The notes beneath the pieces were generated by a model. The model worked only from the letters and a program-made list of their open reading frames with translations. It made no database searches and was not told the origin of the DNA. The position numbers and the translations under genes are program-made. From Spirogloea muscicola (taxonomy: Eukaryota), in NCBI GenBank assembly GCA_009602725.1, contig WELB01000022.1:913971-955164 (forward strand): DNA of 41,194 bases, read 5' to 3'. Below, piece by piece: positions 1 through 13,300 of this stretch; position 1 is the first letter of the stretch; each line of letters opens with the position of its first letter.

Positions 1-95
1 TCCCTTCCCAGTCTGGCCCCCTGCTCCTGCTTTCCCCTCTCCTTAATATGGCCCGCTCCTCACTTGTTCATACTCCCATTCCACCCCCCCTGCAG

Positions 96-3090
96 CTGCG
101 CCATCAGCCTGAATGCGAGCGTGAAGATTCGCGACAAGCTGGAGTGGAGCATCAGCAAGCACCTCGAAGCATGCTCGCTTGAGGACCTCCTCATTCCCAC
201 TGCATTCCCCGAGGTACGCCCCACAAAGCGCCGCCGGTCGTCTCTGCAGCGTGGCTGCTGCCTCGTCAAGCCCTGCTGGCTCAGGACGCTGCTGATGCCA
301 CGCTGAATTTTTGTCTTCTTGACAGCCGGGGCAGTGCTCGTACGACATCGAGACAGTGCAGCGACTGCTGAGCCTGTACACCCTCTGGCAGACGCAGTCG
401 GCCATCGACTCGCCCACCAGCGAATCCTCGATCGGCACGGCCAGCGCCGCTGCCGCCGCGGCAGCAGGCACCGACCCCGCTGCCGCCAGTTCCACGATGC
501 CCGCAGTCATGGAGTTGCTGGACAGCTACCTCGTCGAGGTCGCGGCCGACCCCTCCCTCTCGCCGGCGCAGTTCCAGATGCTGGCCGAGAGCCTCCCGGC
601 AGTCGGGCGCGCCTCCCATGATCGCCTGTACCAGGCCATCGACATCTATCTCCGGGTACAGCACCGCAACATAACCTTTAATTACAGAGGTGTCTGCTTG
701 ATTTACAATTCCATGTGGATATGACATAGATCCAGAGTGGAGTAAGTCACAACATTCAGTTTAACCCAGCAATCACAAAATACATATGGAACAAGTGCAA
801 GTGCTCCTAAGCACTTGGTAAAGCGCGGTCTATCCCTCCCTCCTTTCGGATCTTCTATTGGTGTTAGTAATGATTCCTTATTCATATGATTATACTTACG
901 CGCCCCAGTACCTCCATGTTTCCTTTGCCGGAGCTGATCGTCGGCGACTAGCGGCTATGGCAGGCGCACCCGAGCGAAGCGGAGGAGGAGGTGGACAGCC
1001 TGTGCGAGATCCTGGACTGCCGGCGCTTCACGATTGCCGCCTGCTCGCTTGCGGCGCAGAACGAGCTCCTCCCCCACTCACTCGTCGTCGAGGCCCTCTT
1101 CAACGAGCAGCTCCAGCTGCAGCTCGCAGCCGACAGCAGAGGGACCGATGCAACAACCACAGCGCTGCCGGCGCTGCGCCCCATAGACCCCCTGGCGCTG
1201 GAGGCGGAGTACATCGAGAAACGCGCATACAACAAGAGCCTCACTGAGGGCGAGCTCAAGCTTGAGCTTGCACTGATTAAGATGCGCGCTGCCGAGCAGC
1301 AAGAGAAGGTCAGTCTGCGACACACAGCCGGCGTCAAGTAATCGGCTGCGATGATCTAAGCTTATGAAAGCCTGACAGGGACCCGCGCGGCGACTGATCT
1401 GGTGGTTGTCGATTCTGTCGGCTCTTACATGCAGGCGCTGCGGCAGGAGGAGCAGGACAGGGTGCTGAGCGCCGCCATAAGAAAATCCAGCAGCGGCAGC
1501 AAGAAGTGGATCGACAAGCTCTTCCGCTCGAGCTCCGAGGAGGTGTCCGCGCCCAAGCCTGCTGCGAGGACTGCGCCAGCGCAGCCGACGAGAGCTCCAG
1601 ATCACCGCCCCGGCAATGGCCGGCTCGTCAGCAGGCCGTCCTCAGCGCCAGCCGCGGCGGCGATTCAGTACGCTGCATACGAAGACCGGCACGCATCGTG
1701 GAGCGGCTCAGAGGACGAGAGCGGGCTGAGCCAGCTGGACTCGGCGGGCGGCCATGACTACAACCACTCCCACGGCCACGCGCAGCGCTACGGCGAGCCC
1801 CGCTCAGCCGGCGCGGCCTTCTTCCAGCAGCATGCCTTGGCTGGCAGCCACCACGCCGCCGGTAGAGCCCAGATCGCCAGCAGCAACCACAGCAGCAAGG
1901 AGGCAGCGGCGGCGGCAATGGCAGCGAGTCCCCCCCACAACACGCCGCAGGGTCGCAGCCACCGCCGGAACCGGTCCGGCGAGTGGGTCCGCAGCCGCGG
2001 CAGCGATGCGACGGCTGCGGCGCCGCTGCCAGCGCACCCCCGGCGGCTCGCCGGCGACCGGAGCCCCTGGGCAGACGCCATGCCCAAGTCGATGGGCCTC
2101 TCGCCGCTGCGCCAGCGGCCTGGCCAGTACAACTACGCGGCGGCGGAGTTTGACGAGGACAGGCTGCAGCCGCCGCCGCCCATCCGAGGCCGGCACCCGG
2201 CTCACGAGTGGCGATCGGAAGACCTGCCACTGGTGCAGCACAGCCAGAGCCCAGAAGGAGCGGGGGGCCGCAGCACGCAGCACAGCGGCCAGCTGCTGGC
2301 CAGCAATTCGCCCACGTCCTCGCCGCTGCGGCGCCGCCGGGAGCAGCAATTGATGACGCCTGGCGGCGGCGGCGGCGGCGGCGGCCAGTCGGCAGTGCAG
2401 GCCTGGGAGCGGCTCCGCAGCGGCCGCCGGGCAGGCGACGGCGGCGGCGAGTCACCGCCGGAAGCTGGGCCGCCGCCGGCGCCGCACTCGTTGTTGAGCG
2501 GCGAGCTGCTGCCGCGGCCACCGCTCAGCCGCTCCTCCTCCAACATGTCAGTGGAGTCCAGCTCCAGCCGCAAGTCGTCGTCCGGCGGCGTGGCGCGCGC
2601 CGAGCGCCCCATGTCGGTCCGCAGCCACAGCCGGTCCAAGTCGCCGCTCCGCCACTCCAGCGTGCCATCCAGCGGCGATGGCCGCAGCGTGACGCCGTTG
2701 TATTCTGCCAGCCTCCGCAGCATGGGCATGGGCATGGGCATGGTCGTCACGACGCCGCCGTCGCCGCCGTCAGAGGAGTACATCGGCAAGGACGACCAGC
2801 CAGCAAGTGACAGTGCCAAGATGCCGCCGCTGGTGCAGCGGAGCGGCAGCAGCAGCCAACTGGACTTCCTCAACATGCCACAGTCGCCGATGCACTACGC
2901 CGCAGCCGAGTCGGGCCGGCGGACGCCCCGCTTCCAGGCCTCACCACGGCGGGGCCAGCTGCAGCCGCCGCCATGGGCGGCCAAGGAGGCCCGCAACGGC
3001 GGCCACAACCTTGGCGACCACAACGAGGTGGCAATGCCAGACGCAGCCGAGTTCATGCGGATGGACAGCTTCAACCACTGGTCCAAGTGA
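96..3090 (+). CDS. NPH3-domain (NRL/BTB-NPH3 family) protein, 3' part; exons 96-213, 326-655, 964-1308, 1435-3090; 5' exons lie outside the window
   Basis: Spliced GT-AG frame gives NPH3 motifs LEACSLEDLLIP, YDIETVQRL, LLDSYLVEVAADPSL, HDRLYQAIDIYLRAHP and CEILDCRRFTIAACSLAAQNELLP. These are followed by a coiled coil and a long low-complexity tail. Confidence 0.9.
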
Positions 3091-3469
3091 GGAAGGGCAG
3101 CTTCAAGCTCGGCCTGCCCTCAGTCTGCGCTTGCATACATGCGGCCGACGATAAGCGATGGCCAGAGTTGTAGTCATAGAGGTCAAGCTCCGGCCTCCAC
3201 TATTGTAAAGTAACCAAGGTTGGCTGGATGCAGTGCGCCAGGTCATTAGTTTCCCTGCATCCAATCACAACCCTGTACCATAGCTACGACGGAGGACGGG
3301 CGCTCAGTGCAAGTCCTCACATCCTCCGAAGGTGGTTCCGTATTTGGATGATAATGCTGAGCTGAAGCTCAATGTCGTCTCTGTGAAGCCCTGCTGTCCA
3401 TCCCACTGCACGCGGGAGGATATCAGCTGCCACATCCGCACTTAGCTCGTCACAGCCACAGTCTAGTAT

Positions 3470-6365
3470 TTAAATATACACCTGCCGCTCCTCCTCCTGC
3501 TCTGCTGATTGCAGCAGTATCTCCTGCAGCATCATGGACAGAGAATGACAGGAAAAATTTACTCAAAGTCCGTGAATGGGCTCTGGATTAAGCACAACTT
3601 CTGCCGAATAGTACTACCATGGAAGCTGCAACAGTCATCTATGTGCTGGGGATGGCCTAGCAGGGGTGACGACTGTCACCTGGAACACAGCAAGCGCCTG
3701 CCGGACGTCCTCCTCGGAGATGTGATGATGCGTGACCAAACGTATCCTGCAACCGGTGTGCCGCGAGCAAGCAGGGAGTGAAGGTGGCTTTGTAAGTGAC
3801 TCTGCACCAGTCCAACAACTTCTGGAGGTACTAGTGCAACTGTCTGAAATCGAGCGCGTACAGTGTGTTCCTTAATGAGCTAGGTGGAGAGGGCTTCTCC
3901 AGTAAGTATGTATAACAACAACTAAGTCCTCTTTCTATACCTGGTTGTATTGTGCACAAATGTATGGGTGCACTACGGAAATGAGAAACCAAATAGCCAG
4001 CAATAAGAGCACTGCTGACTGAAGGACAATCAGTCTCCCGTGTGTGGCATCTGCTGCGCCAGCAATACCTAGAGCGTCCCACGGCGCACACAAGAATGCC
4101 TGCTTGCTTCACTGCCTCGCACAGCTCGTTCACGCCCATAGGGCACTCTGCCGTCACGTCTACGTGAACCTGCGGCATGCCACGACATGCGAGGTAAGCT
4201 ATCCCGCTAACGTCCAATTGTAATGTACAGCCATGTGTAGAAGGACAAAGATTAGATTGAGGCTCAGGATGGAAGACTTGCAATGTTGGTCTCAATGATG
4301 GCGAGGTCCACCCACAGGCCGTCCATGGCGTTCAGACCCTCTTAAGATACCCACAGGGACGGCACAGCGAGCACATCAAGGATCAGGAAAGTGATGGCCA
4401 AGGAGCTGGGAGAAGAGAGCGCATGCCAGGCCACCAAGTGATTGCTGCCACTTCTTGATGTTCATGCAAGACAATTTCCTTCATAAGATCGTGTAAAGCA
4501 AGAAGCTGCTTGACTCGTAGCAGCCAGCTCCAAGTCCTGAGCACTATATTCACCGGCAAGTTTCTGAGCATTTCTGTGATCGGTGCCCAGTCTTCCCACC
4601 ATGTCGTTGATGGAGATCAGCCCCGCCGCGGCCACAACTCCCACTTGCCGCATGCCGCCACCCAGTGCCTTCCTCAGCCTCTTTGCCTGAGGCGTAAGTA
4701 CACAAGTATTACACTTTGATAATTATCTTTTGGGCCGAGGTGGTCCTCGGACGGAGGGGCAAAATGGAGAGGGACACAGGAGGATCGAGAGCCGCTGTCA
4801 TACCTCGGCTACAAAAGCAGCCGTCCCAACAACGACGCTGCCAAGGGGCGCTCCCAAACCTTTTGAAAGGCAGACCTGTGGACAAGTTGGACGCTAGCCT
4901 CACAGCCGCAACTGCAACTAGTTGCATGGCTATGTTGGTACTGTTGTTTCAGAAGGCCGAACACAAAGGTAAAGCTGCCTGGCGGGCCAAGTTAAGGACT
5001 GAGCTTGCGCAGCTAACCGAGATGCTGTCTGCGGCCTTCACTAGCCTTTCTGGAGCCACACTCAAGGCCTGCACAAAGACGACGCCCAGCACGTATCACT
5101 GAGGCAGTCAATGCTCTTTACCACAGACCAGGAGCTGAGGAACCAGAGCAAATTAGACGCCCAACTGAGCTCAGGCAAAGCGCTCAAAGGCCAATTCTTA
5201 GTGAAGGAATGAGTACAGTGTGACCACAAAATTAGAGCATCGGCGGCTCACGGTGGCCGCGTTGAACAGCCGAGCACCGTCCACGTGCAGCTTGAGGCCG
5301 TAGTACTTGGCCAGCTCGCCGAGTCGGTTGGTGTACTCGGCGGATATGGCACGGCCGCCGCAGCGGTTGTGTGTGTTCTCGATGCAGATGACGCGGGTGA
5401 TGGGGAAGTGCTCATCGCCTGGCGGCCGGATGGCGGCCTCCACCTTCTTCAGGTCCATGGTGCCGTCAGCCTTATTGGGCACAGTGCGCGAGTGCACGCC
5501 ACCGAGCGTCGCGATGCCGCCCTGCTCGTACCAGTGGATATGCGACTCGGACCCCAGGATTGCCTCACTGCCCCGCAGCTGCGCACAGTACCAAGATCCA
5601 TGTCTTGTGTGAGCTTAGCACTGTGAGGCAACAGAGCTGACTATTGGCTGGGTGCATCACTTCCGCAGCTCTTGTTAAGTAGCCCGATGCCGCAGCTTAC
5701 CATGTCGATGCGATAAAAAGGACATATGAAGGCTACGAAGGCCTATATCTGGCACCCTGGTGGTGTTACATTGAGCCCAGGCTGTAGTATTGGCTGACTA
5801 ACTTTCCAGTTTGTTGACATACCTCCTATCCATTTCAGTTTATATTATCTTGTGTTGCTTTCGAGGCTATTTGAGCCTTATCCAGCTAAAGATAGTGGGG
5901 TCGAAAGTTGTGGGGTTTGAGATCCGCCTGGGCACCTGGCAGTGGACGAGGACGCAGATGAGGTTGCCCATGGTGCCGCTGGGCACGAAGAGGCCCGCCT
6001 CCTTGCCCAAGACCTCGGCGACCCGCCTCTGCAGGCGGTCGGTGGTGGGGTCTGCTCCCAGCACATCGTCGTCCACCTCGGCGCCGGCCATGGCCTCCCT
6101 CATCGCCACTGCAGCGAGGCACCGGCTGAGCTGACCTCAGACCCTCCGCTCTCAGCTGCAAGATCACATTGATGGCAGCTGCTGAGAAGCTCAGTGGGTG
6201 GGCGTAATGGTGACCTGTTGGCTTGGTAACGGTGTCAGAGCGCAGGTCCACGATGCGGTCCGCGGGCAGCGGTGGACGCCCGGGCGGCCGGCGGTGGCCA
6301 CTGGACCTACTGCGGGCCTTGTGTGCGGCACCGTTCTCAGCGGCTGCCACGTAGTCGAGCTCCAT
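3470..6365 (-). CDS. THA: Low-specificity L-threonine aldolase (PLP); exons 6365-6215, 6108-5936, 5578-5252, 5068-5018, 4875-4804, 4686-4554, 4340-4282, 4169-4069, 3746-3680, 3523-3470
   Basis: Motifs [53 protein letters not shown] (PLP lysine), [10 protein letters not shown] and IRLVTH. Splice phases are consistent. The start codon and last exon are less certain. Confidence 0.93.
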
Positions 6366-6791
6366 GGTTGCGCTCGCAGCAGTGAAGAAGACGAGACTGA
6401 TGCAAAGCCCAAGACAGTAGATCTGAGCTTCAAGCCCTGGTCTCCACTAAGCTGAGCGCCATCGTTGCTGCGTCCATGGCTGTAGCTTCTCCTGTTGAGA
6501 GGCAGCGCCGCTCTCAGGGCTCCTTGCTCGCAGCTTTCGCCTTCGTCCAGACACCCGCCGCCTGCGGCAAACGGCTGGCTTTCCACAGAGGGATGCGGCC
6601 GCTGCAGTGAGGAAGCAGAAGTGGCGGCACAGCGAGCTGCTGTGGCAGCGCCCACTTGCAGCTGCCCAAGGAACTGTGGGAGGAGCTGGCCACCAGAAAT
6701 AAGTGAGAGGCCGGCCCACAGAGAACTACGAGGTCTGCGCAGAAAGCAGGAAATCAGTCTCCAAGACGTCAGCAAATCGACGCATAATAAT

Positions 6792-8315
6792 CTCTAATGA
6801 CGCACATCACCCTCTGCATATTGACCCGCTCAGTAACCACGGGTCAATACATAATCGATGCATCGATACATAATCGTTGCTAATCGATGCCGAAGGGGGC
6901 GGGGGTTGGTGAATAGAAAGGAAAAAACGAATGCGGCTGCTGATATTAAAAGCAGCTCTCCAAGTTGACAGCAGTGGCTGTGTGAGAGGCCAGCCCAAAA
7001 GGAATGAACAAGGTCCAAACGAAGGGCCAAAAGGCGCCAATGCCACACAGCTATGCAAGAGACTACAGGAAGTGGGAGCTCAGTAATCCCAAGTCAGCAG
7101 GCGCATGTCGGAGTAAGCTGCAGCTGGAAAAGAGGCACCCCGACAAGACCCAGAAGCAACAGCCACGGCACAGCCTGCCCGCAAGTGCACTACTTGAGCC
7201 TGGGACCATTGGAAGGATATGGATAGCCGCATGCGGATCACCTGGGCAAGCGACAGGGCAACTATAGCCGGGCAGCTCACCTTGCTGGCCAGGCTTGCGC
7301 GGCGCGCTGTGTCCCGCAGGCGTGGTGAGCCGGCTGACTTCAACGCCGCTGGCTCGTGGGCTCAGGTATATCGTATGCGATTGTCGGTCTCCCTTCAGCA
7401 GTCCATGGCCCACGCCTTGCATCTGCGTGCTGGCCGTGCTCTCGCTGCAGCCTCCGGCTTTCGTCAGGGGGATAGTTTTCCGGCAGCTAGTCTGTCGGAT
7501 TTGAGGCTCCTCACTCGTGACTACTGAGTGGTCCATCCTCCCCCGTTCTGACATAGCATCTTGAGGCCCCTTCGTAGCTGCTTAGCGCTTTAGGCCCATC
7601 CGTCATTCGGCTCCTTTCGAACCTTTGTCAATTCATTTCGGGCTGGCTTTTCACAGCCCTTGCCCCCATTGGGAGAGCCACTTCTTCTTATCGGAAGGGG
7701 ACGGGGGACGATGGACCAAAAGCTGTTCGCAGCGTGCTCAGGCTCTGGCCAGGGGACCCGCTTCCAGGAGCCCAGCTTCTCTGACCCGAGGCTGCTTAGC
7801 AGCAAGCGCGGCCAGATTAACTGGTGGCTGGGAGAGGCCAGCCCAAAAGAATGGACAGGGGTTACTGAGTGCAGGGGTTACTAAGTGCTTTGTAGCTGCT
7901 TAATTTCTTGCTGTGCTTGTTTCCCTTAGCGCTTCCCCTGGCCCCCTTCTCTTATTGTCGTTCTTTTTTTTGGGGCTCGCTTTTCCAGCCCCTATCCTCA
8001 ATGGGCGAGCCCTTCTTCTTCAGGCTAATGCTTTGCACCAGACAGCTGGGCGAGCTCTAGTTGATGGAAGCGCTGTTGTTTGTTAGTTGGTGGCAGAAGG
8101 GCTTCGAATCTGCCATCTGGTTTTCAGGCATCGATTAGCGACCTTTATGTATTGACCCGTGGTTACTGAGCAGGTCAATCTGCCGCTGAGCAGATCAATC
8201 TGCTCAGTGATCACCCTCGTGCACTGCCGACGTACATCACCCTCGTGCACTGAGCAGATCAATCTGCCGCGGTGATGTACGTCGTTAGAAGTGCTTGCCT
8301 TTGTACGTAGGCCTT
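6792..8315. mobile_element. Cluster of nested 3'-end fragments of an RLE-type non-LTR retrotransposon family, in both orientations
   Basis: 7279-7718 closely matches 40379-40800 (LARLARRAV...RLSVSLQQSMAHALHLRAGR...LLTRDY*). LTRGY* ends occur at 6830-6850 (-) and 8152-8169 (+). The shared 3'UTR motif occurs at 6975-7030, 7610-7688, 7825-7858 and about 7965-8020. Confidence 0.75.
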
Positions 8316-8376
8316 TGACCTTGGTTAGATTAAATACACGAAAATTTCCTCAAAGGAGGACCACAAAGAGTGCTAG

Positions 8377-9013
8377 GTGGGCCATCGCCTGGCTGCATCG
8401 GCTGCAGCAGCGCGCCGTGGTGGCGGCATCACGAGACGCGCCGCCCTGCCCGTGGCGGCGACCCCGTGGCGCATGAAGGCGGCGGCTGCAATCGACAGCT
8501 GGGGTGGGCGACATGGTCATCCGTTGCCCCACGCCGTGTCTGCGCCCTCGCTCTGGCAAAGACTTCCACAGCGGCCTGGCTGACTTCCACGCTGCTGGCA
8601 TTGACGACACCATCTGACACGAGGCTTGCTGCTTGCGGGCTGGTCGCGACGGAGAAGACGCGGAGGGCTTCGAGGCGCCCAGCTTGCGCACATTGGACGC
8701 GCAACCGCTTCCATCTGAGGACGCGAGACCAGCTCCCCTTCCCAAGTACGAGGGCGGCGGGGAGCAGCTTGCAGGTCTCGGCGCCGGGAAGTCAAAGAGC
8801 CGGAAGCAGCGGCTTGAGGGGAGGCCGGAAGCAGCGCTCAACAAAGGGCGGGGCCGGGAGGACACGATTGGCATGCTGCGCGAGCTCATGGGCGTCGACG
8901 ACGTCGCCGACGAGGGCAAGCAGCAGCAGGCGCCGCTGGGCGGCGAGTGGCTCGACCCCCACTGCAACGAGTCGCATTTTGAGCGGCCGTTGCCACGCGG
9001 CGGAGAACAATGA
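8377..9013 (+). CDS. Hypothetical protein, possibly plastid-targeted; structure uncertain
   Basis: GC-rich, coding-like frame 8633-9013 (EDTIGMLRELMGVDD...WLDPHCNESHFERP), preceded by an Ala/Arg-rich stretch. No clear ATG and no recognised family. Confidence 0.3.
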
Positions 9014-9329
9014 CAGTGTTGTGCAGGCGGCAAGTTCTTCGCATGCTGACAGAATGCAGCAAGTGACTTCCCTTGCGAATGGTGCAAGGCGACTGCCGCC
9101 ATGCATGGTGCCAAGGGCTACCAGCAGTCAAGTGTACCTGCAGACTCCAAGATGTAGCGCTGACCCTTGCTGTGGACGGCCATTGTAGGCTACAAGAAGC
9201 GGCATGTACGTACTCCGACTTCAAGACCACCAATACCAATTCCCCAGCTCTCCCGCTCCTGCCCGATCAAACACACATAAGAGGGCTAGTCTACAAAATT
9301 ATGGTAGTGGGGGTACAATTGCAAGCTCA

Positions 9330-10016
9330 ATAGAGGAGTAGAGGGAAGGGAGATGGTGTTTGAAGGAGGAGAGGGCTAGGAGAGTGGCTCCACCGGGGTG
9401 GCAAAGGCAGTGAATGGCCACCAACGTCGGGCGGTAAGGCACCACAAGGTCCAAGGGGCTGAAGGTTGGAAAGAAGGCCAACAATCGGTGCGAGCAGCTT
9501 CGCTGTGCTTGTGCTTGTAGACCACTGTAAGACAGCCAGAGAGCAAACAGCCTGGAGGAGTGCGTGAAGAAGGAGCCGCCATGGTGTGTGCACGTTGCTG
9601 CAGCTAGGCGACGGGCCCGTTCGGAGTGCCAAGGGGTTGGCTTGGGGCTGCCAGAGGAAGGCCAGGCACGCTGGCTACCACCATACTGTGCCTATGCGAA
9701 GTGAAGCATCGCTTCGTGTTGTCAAAGTAGTACACAGGCCGGCGGAAAGAAGAGAGCTCTCTTGAAGATTTCTTAAAGATGGGCAATGGCTATCAAAGCC
9801 CAGCCCAAACATGAATGGACAAAGCTCAAAGGAGCTTGAAAGCACAATCCTTTACATCTCCTAGTTTCTGGCTAGAATAAATGGCCTGGAAAGGCCTGGA
9901 AAGGCTTGGCAGGGATGGTCACGTGTGCAAACTGCTTGCCCAATGCCTAGAGTTTGACATGATATGGCCAGATCGCCTGAGCCCTACAACCCACCAGTTA
10001 ATCTGGCCGCGCTTGC
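9330..10016. mobile_element. Degenerate remnants of the same repeat family
   Basis: 3'UTR motif copies at 9795-9835 and about 9385-9470 (degenerate). CCACCAGTTAATCTGGCCGCGCTTGC at 9991-10016 is the reverse complement of 7802-7827. Confidence 0.45.
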
Positions 10017-10305
10017 GTGTACCACCCGATGCATCCACAGTCGCCGTGCGGGCCGGCTAACGGGGCTGCCGTAATGAGATTGTATGCCGTTAGCGCCGAC
10101 AGGTGCAGAGCGTGACGGTGCCATGACTGCCGTCCGATGACGGCCGTGACGGGGCCGTTGCGCGGGCTTGACACACTGTTATGGAGCTCGGTTAGGACCT
10201 AACATATCCGGCCCCCCTGGCCAGTGCTGCCGCCGCCGCCGCCGCCGCCGCCGCATCGAAGCGCTTCAGCCTCGTCGAAGCAAGGCCCGGCCAAGGGCCC
10301 CCGCA

Positions 10306-13300
10306 ATGGCGCCCGCGGCCCCTCGACGTGCGTGCGGCAGCTCAGCCCCACCGCAGCCAACGCCGGCAGAGCCTCCGGCTGCTTTCCTTCCTCGAAAGGC
10401 CTGCGCGTCGTCAGCGAGGCTCGCGCGCCATGGCGGTCGAGCTCAGGCCGCGGCTGCCTGCCCTCGCTGCGCGCAGGCTGGCGGGCCGCCTGCCTCCTGG
10501 CGCTGGCCGCGCTCCTCAGCCTCGCCGCCGCCGGCTGCGGCGAGCAGCTCCTCCTAGGTGACGCAGACGTCAAGCGGGAGCTGAAGAAGCTGTACACCGT
10601 CAAGAAGAACGGCTCTTATGGCAGGTGAACGGTCATGTGCTCGCATTCTCAGCTGCCCCAGCTTGACGCACAACTCCAGATCACAATGGTCAATGGATGT
10701 AAGGTGCGGAGCGTCGTATCGACGGCAAGGTAATAATGGCAATGTGAGCGTCCTCTGGCTCTGTCCTTGAGCTCGTTCACCTGACCGGGGCCTCGCTCCT
10801 CTCACTTCCGCAGCTTGAAGGCAACGTACCAGGCTGTGCAAGCAATTGCCATTCTCGGCTCGGGCCCCTCGAACCCGGACACGTGCTCCTTCGCTGAAGG
10901 GGCGGACACTCCTGATGCAGCTTCGGCGTACTTTGCCTTGGGAACAGCAGCCATCCTGCGCTGCAGCGGTGCTAAGGATGTTGCTGAGGTACGCAGTCTG
11001 TCAAGCATTCACAGCGTCCAGGGCCACACAGGGAGCTGCTGCCTGTGATCTCACTTCAGGAGAACGAGCGCTTCAATAGGGAACCTACTTCACGACTGAA
11101 TGCCTCAATGGCAACCTCGAACCAGTCCAAGCCCGAATCTGTCATCAGTACATTCACGACTGAATGCCTCCATGGCAACCTCAAACCAGGCCAAGCCCGA
11201 GTCTACTCAAGTACACTGGTCATAGCTATTTGTGCCGTGTGCCAAGGAGGGGATGCATTCTATTCCCCATCATCTGTGGCCAGATGCTGTGGCAGGTTGC
11301 CGCATGAGGGCATGCTGGGTAGGTCCAACTGACTTACTTGCAGTCTGGCTTCTACAGAAAGTTTTGCCCATTTTCCTCGACATAATCAAGTCCTCTGACG
11401 ATCTTATACCTTTGATGCACTCACTAAATGGGTTGTGTATGATGAAGGTAAGCCCATCAGAGCAACCTGGAGCATATCTGAGTAGATTTTACTGCCTTTT
11501 CAAGAGGGGAGAGGGGTTACTGGTTTTGTGGGAAGGGGCTATCGGTCAGAGAGATCTAAATCCAGCAAGTTTTGTAGTTGTTACCTGGGTCGCCGCATTG
11601 CTGGACATCAAGGGAAGGGATATGGGATGTTGTTGCTGGCCCTGTGATGAAGCAATCTATATACGCTAATCGGAGCTGACCACAGCACTGAAGACCTCAG
11701 TCAATGCTTTGTCCTGAGGGCCAGTAGCAAAGTGTATGCTGCGATGCTGCAGTTCTTTTGGTTTGTGCTACATTGAGGTTGATCTTTTGCCACATGGCCA
11801 TGAGTTTATCGAAGAGTGCCATTGACTAGCATGCACCGTGTGCAGGACTTCATGCTGAGGAAAGTAGAAGTTGATGAAGCTCTTATCAAGTCAGTTCCCA
11901 AGAAATTGAAGGTAATTCTGACAAGAGTAGGTTCTTGTCGAACACGGTGGCCGTGTATGTCTTGATCTAGAGGCCAGTGGAAGATGAGCAAGAGCAAAAG
12001 CTCTTCAAAATCTAGAGGAGAAGATAGTAACCTGAATCAGGTGCAGGATTTGGCAGGCTCTTGCTGCAAATGGCGGCACTTGGAAGATGTCTGCATCTGA
12101 CTCAACGCCAACTCTGCTTAAAGCAGGTTCGCTGACTTCCCAAGAGCTCCGTCCTGTGAGATTTGAGTGGTAGTAAATGGCATTCTTCATGAGACCTTGA
12201 GACTAGGCTTTCTTCCTGCAAAATAAGCTCTGTGGCTTCAACGCTATCGGTTCTGCTTGCAGGATGGGCTCTCCAAGCTTTCACCTCATGTGGTCGCCTG
12301 GGCACTTTCAATGTCCCTGAGGTGACTGCGGCAACAAAATTGCACGGCATTGGTGTATCAGTTTGCCGCCACCACTCAAACAGGAGGCTTAATGCATAAC
12401 TTTGGCCGCGAATGCTTGCAGTTGGAATTCTTTAAAGAGGCCATCACCACGGCATTTGCTTCAACATCATCAAGTGGTGTGCTCAAGCCTCCATTCGGCT
12501 CCTTCAGACCTTGTCCATTCCTTTGGGCTGGCCTCTCACAGCCACCAGTCAATCTGGCAGCGCCTTCTCCCATCATTGCTCTGACTCATCAGCAGTGCTT
12601 TAGACCCTCAGAATAGGGGTCAGGGTTGCGCTTGGCTCAAGAGCTCAAATCTGGAGTCAAGTGCGTATGATTGATCTCCTATCTAAACGAAAGCGTGTCT
12701 TGCTCTCAACTGATAGAGGATGGGGAGGTTTACTTTGATGACCCGGATGGTGAGATGTTTGCGACGTCGGTTGTCCTCATGTCTTACATACAATTGGCTA
12801 CATACTACTCTCATGTTCCGAAGGTGCGCCGTGGGCTAGGGCTGCATGTCTTGTACCTGGAATGCTGCATGCATACTTCCTCTGCTTCTCTAGATGTCTT
12901 TCCTCTGTGTGCTGCAGGTAGTTTTTGCTTGCCTTACCAACTCTCACTCACTTTGTAAGTAAAGAGCCTGTAAGTGCCGCTCTGTTTGTCACCCAGCTCT
13001 CAATGTCTCCACTGGCATCTCACAAGACATTGCTTACGATTGACAGGTAGAACCGAAGAAGATTCTCGGAATAGCAAAGTACTTTCACAGCTTGGGCTTC
13101 CCTACGGGAGCCAAGGAATGTCTGTACATGATTGAAGCATTACAAACTCTCAGCGAGAACAGGCACGGCTGCACCTCATTGGCAGTCCGTGGTAGCTTGA
13201 GGCTGGTGTCCTCCTCATGGCTGTTGTCGCACTCAGTGCTTGCATGCCTTCATGTCAGTCAACCAGGTCCTGATTGGCTTTGAGTGCTCATCAGAACAAC

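Noticed and set aside
1506..2876. Multiple alternative-frame ORFs in the NPH3 last exon
   Set aside because: Expected from very high GC content and scarce stop codons.
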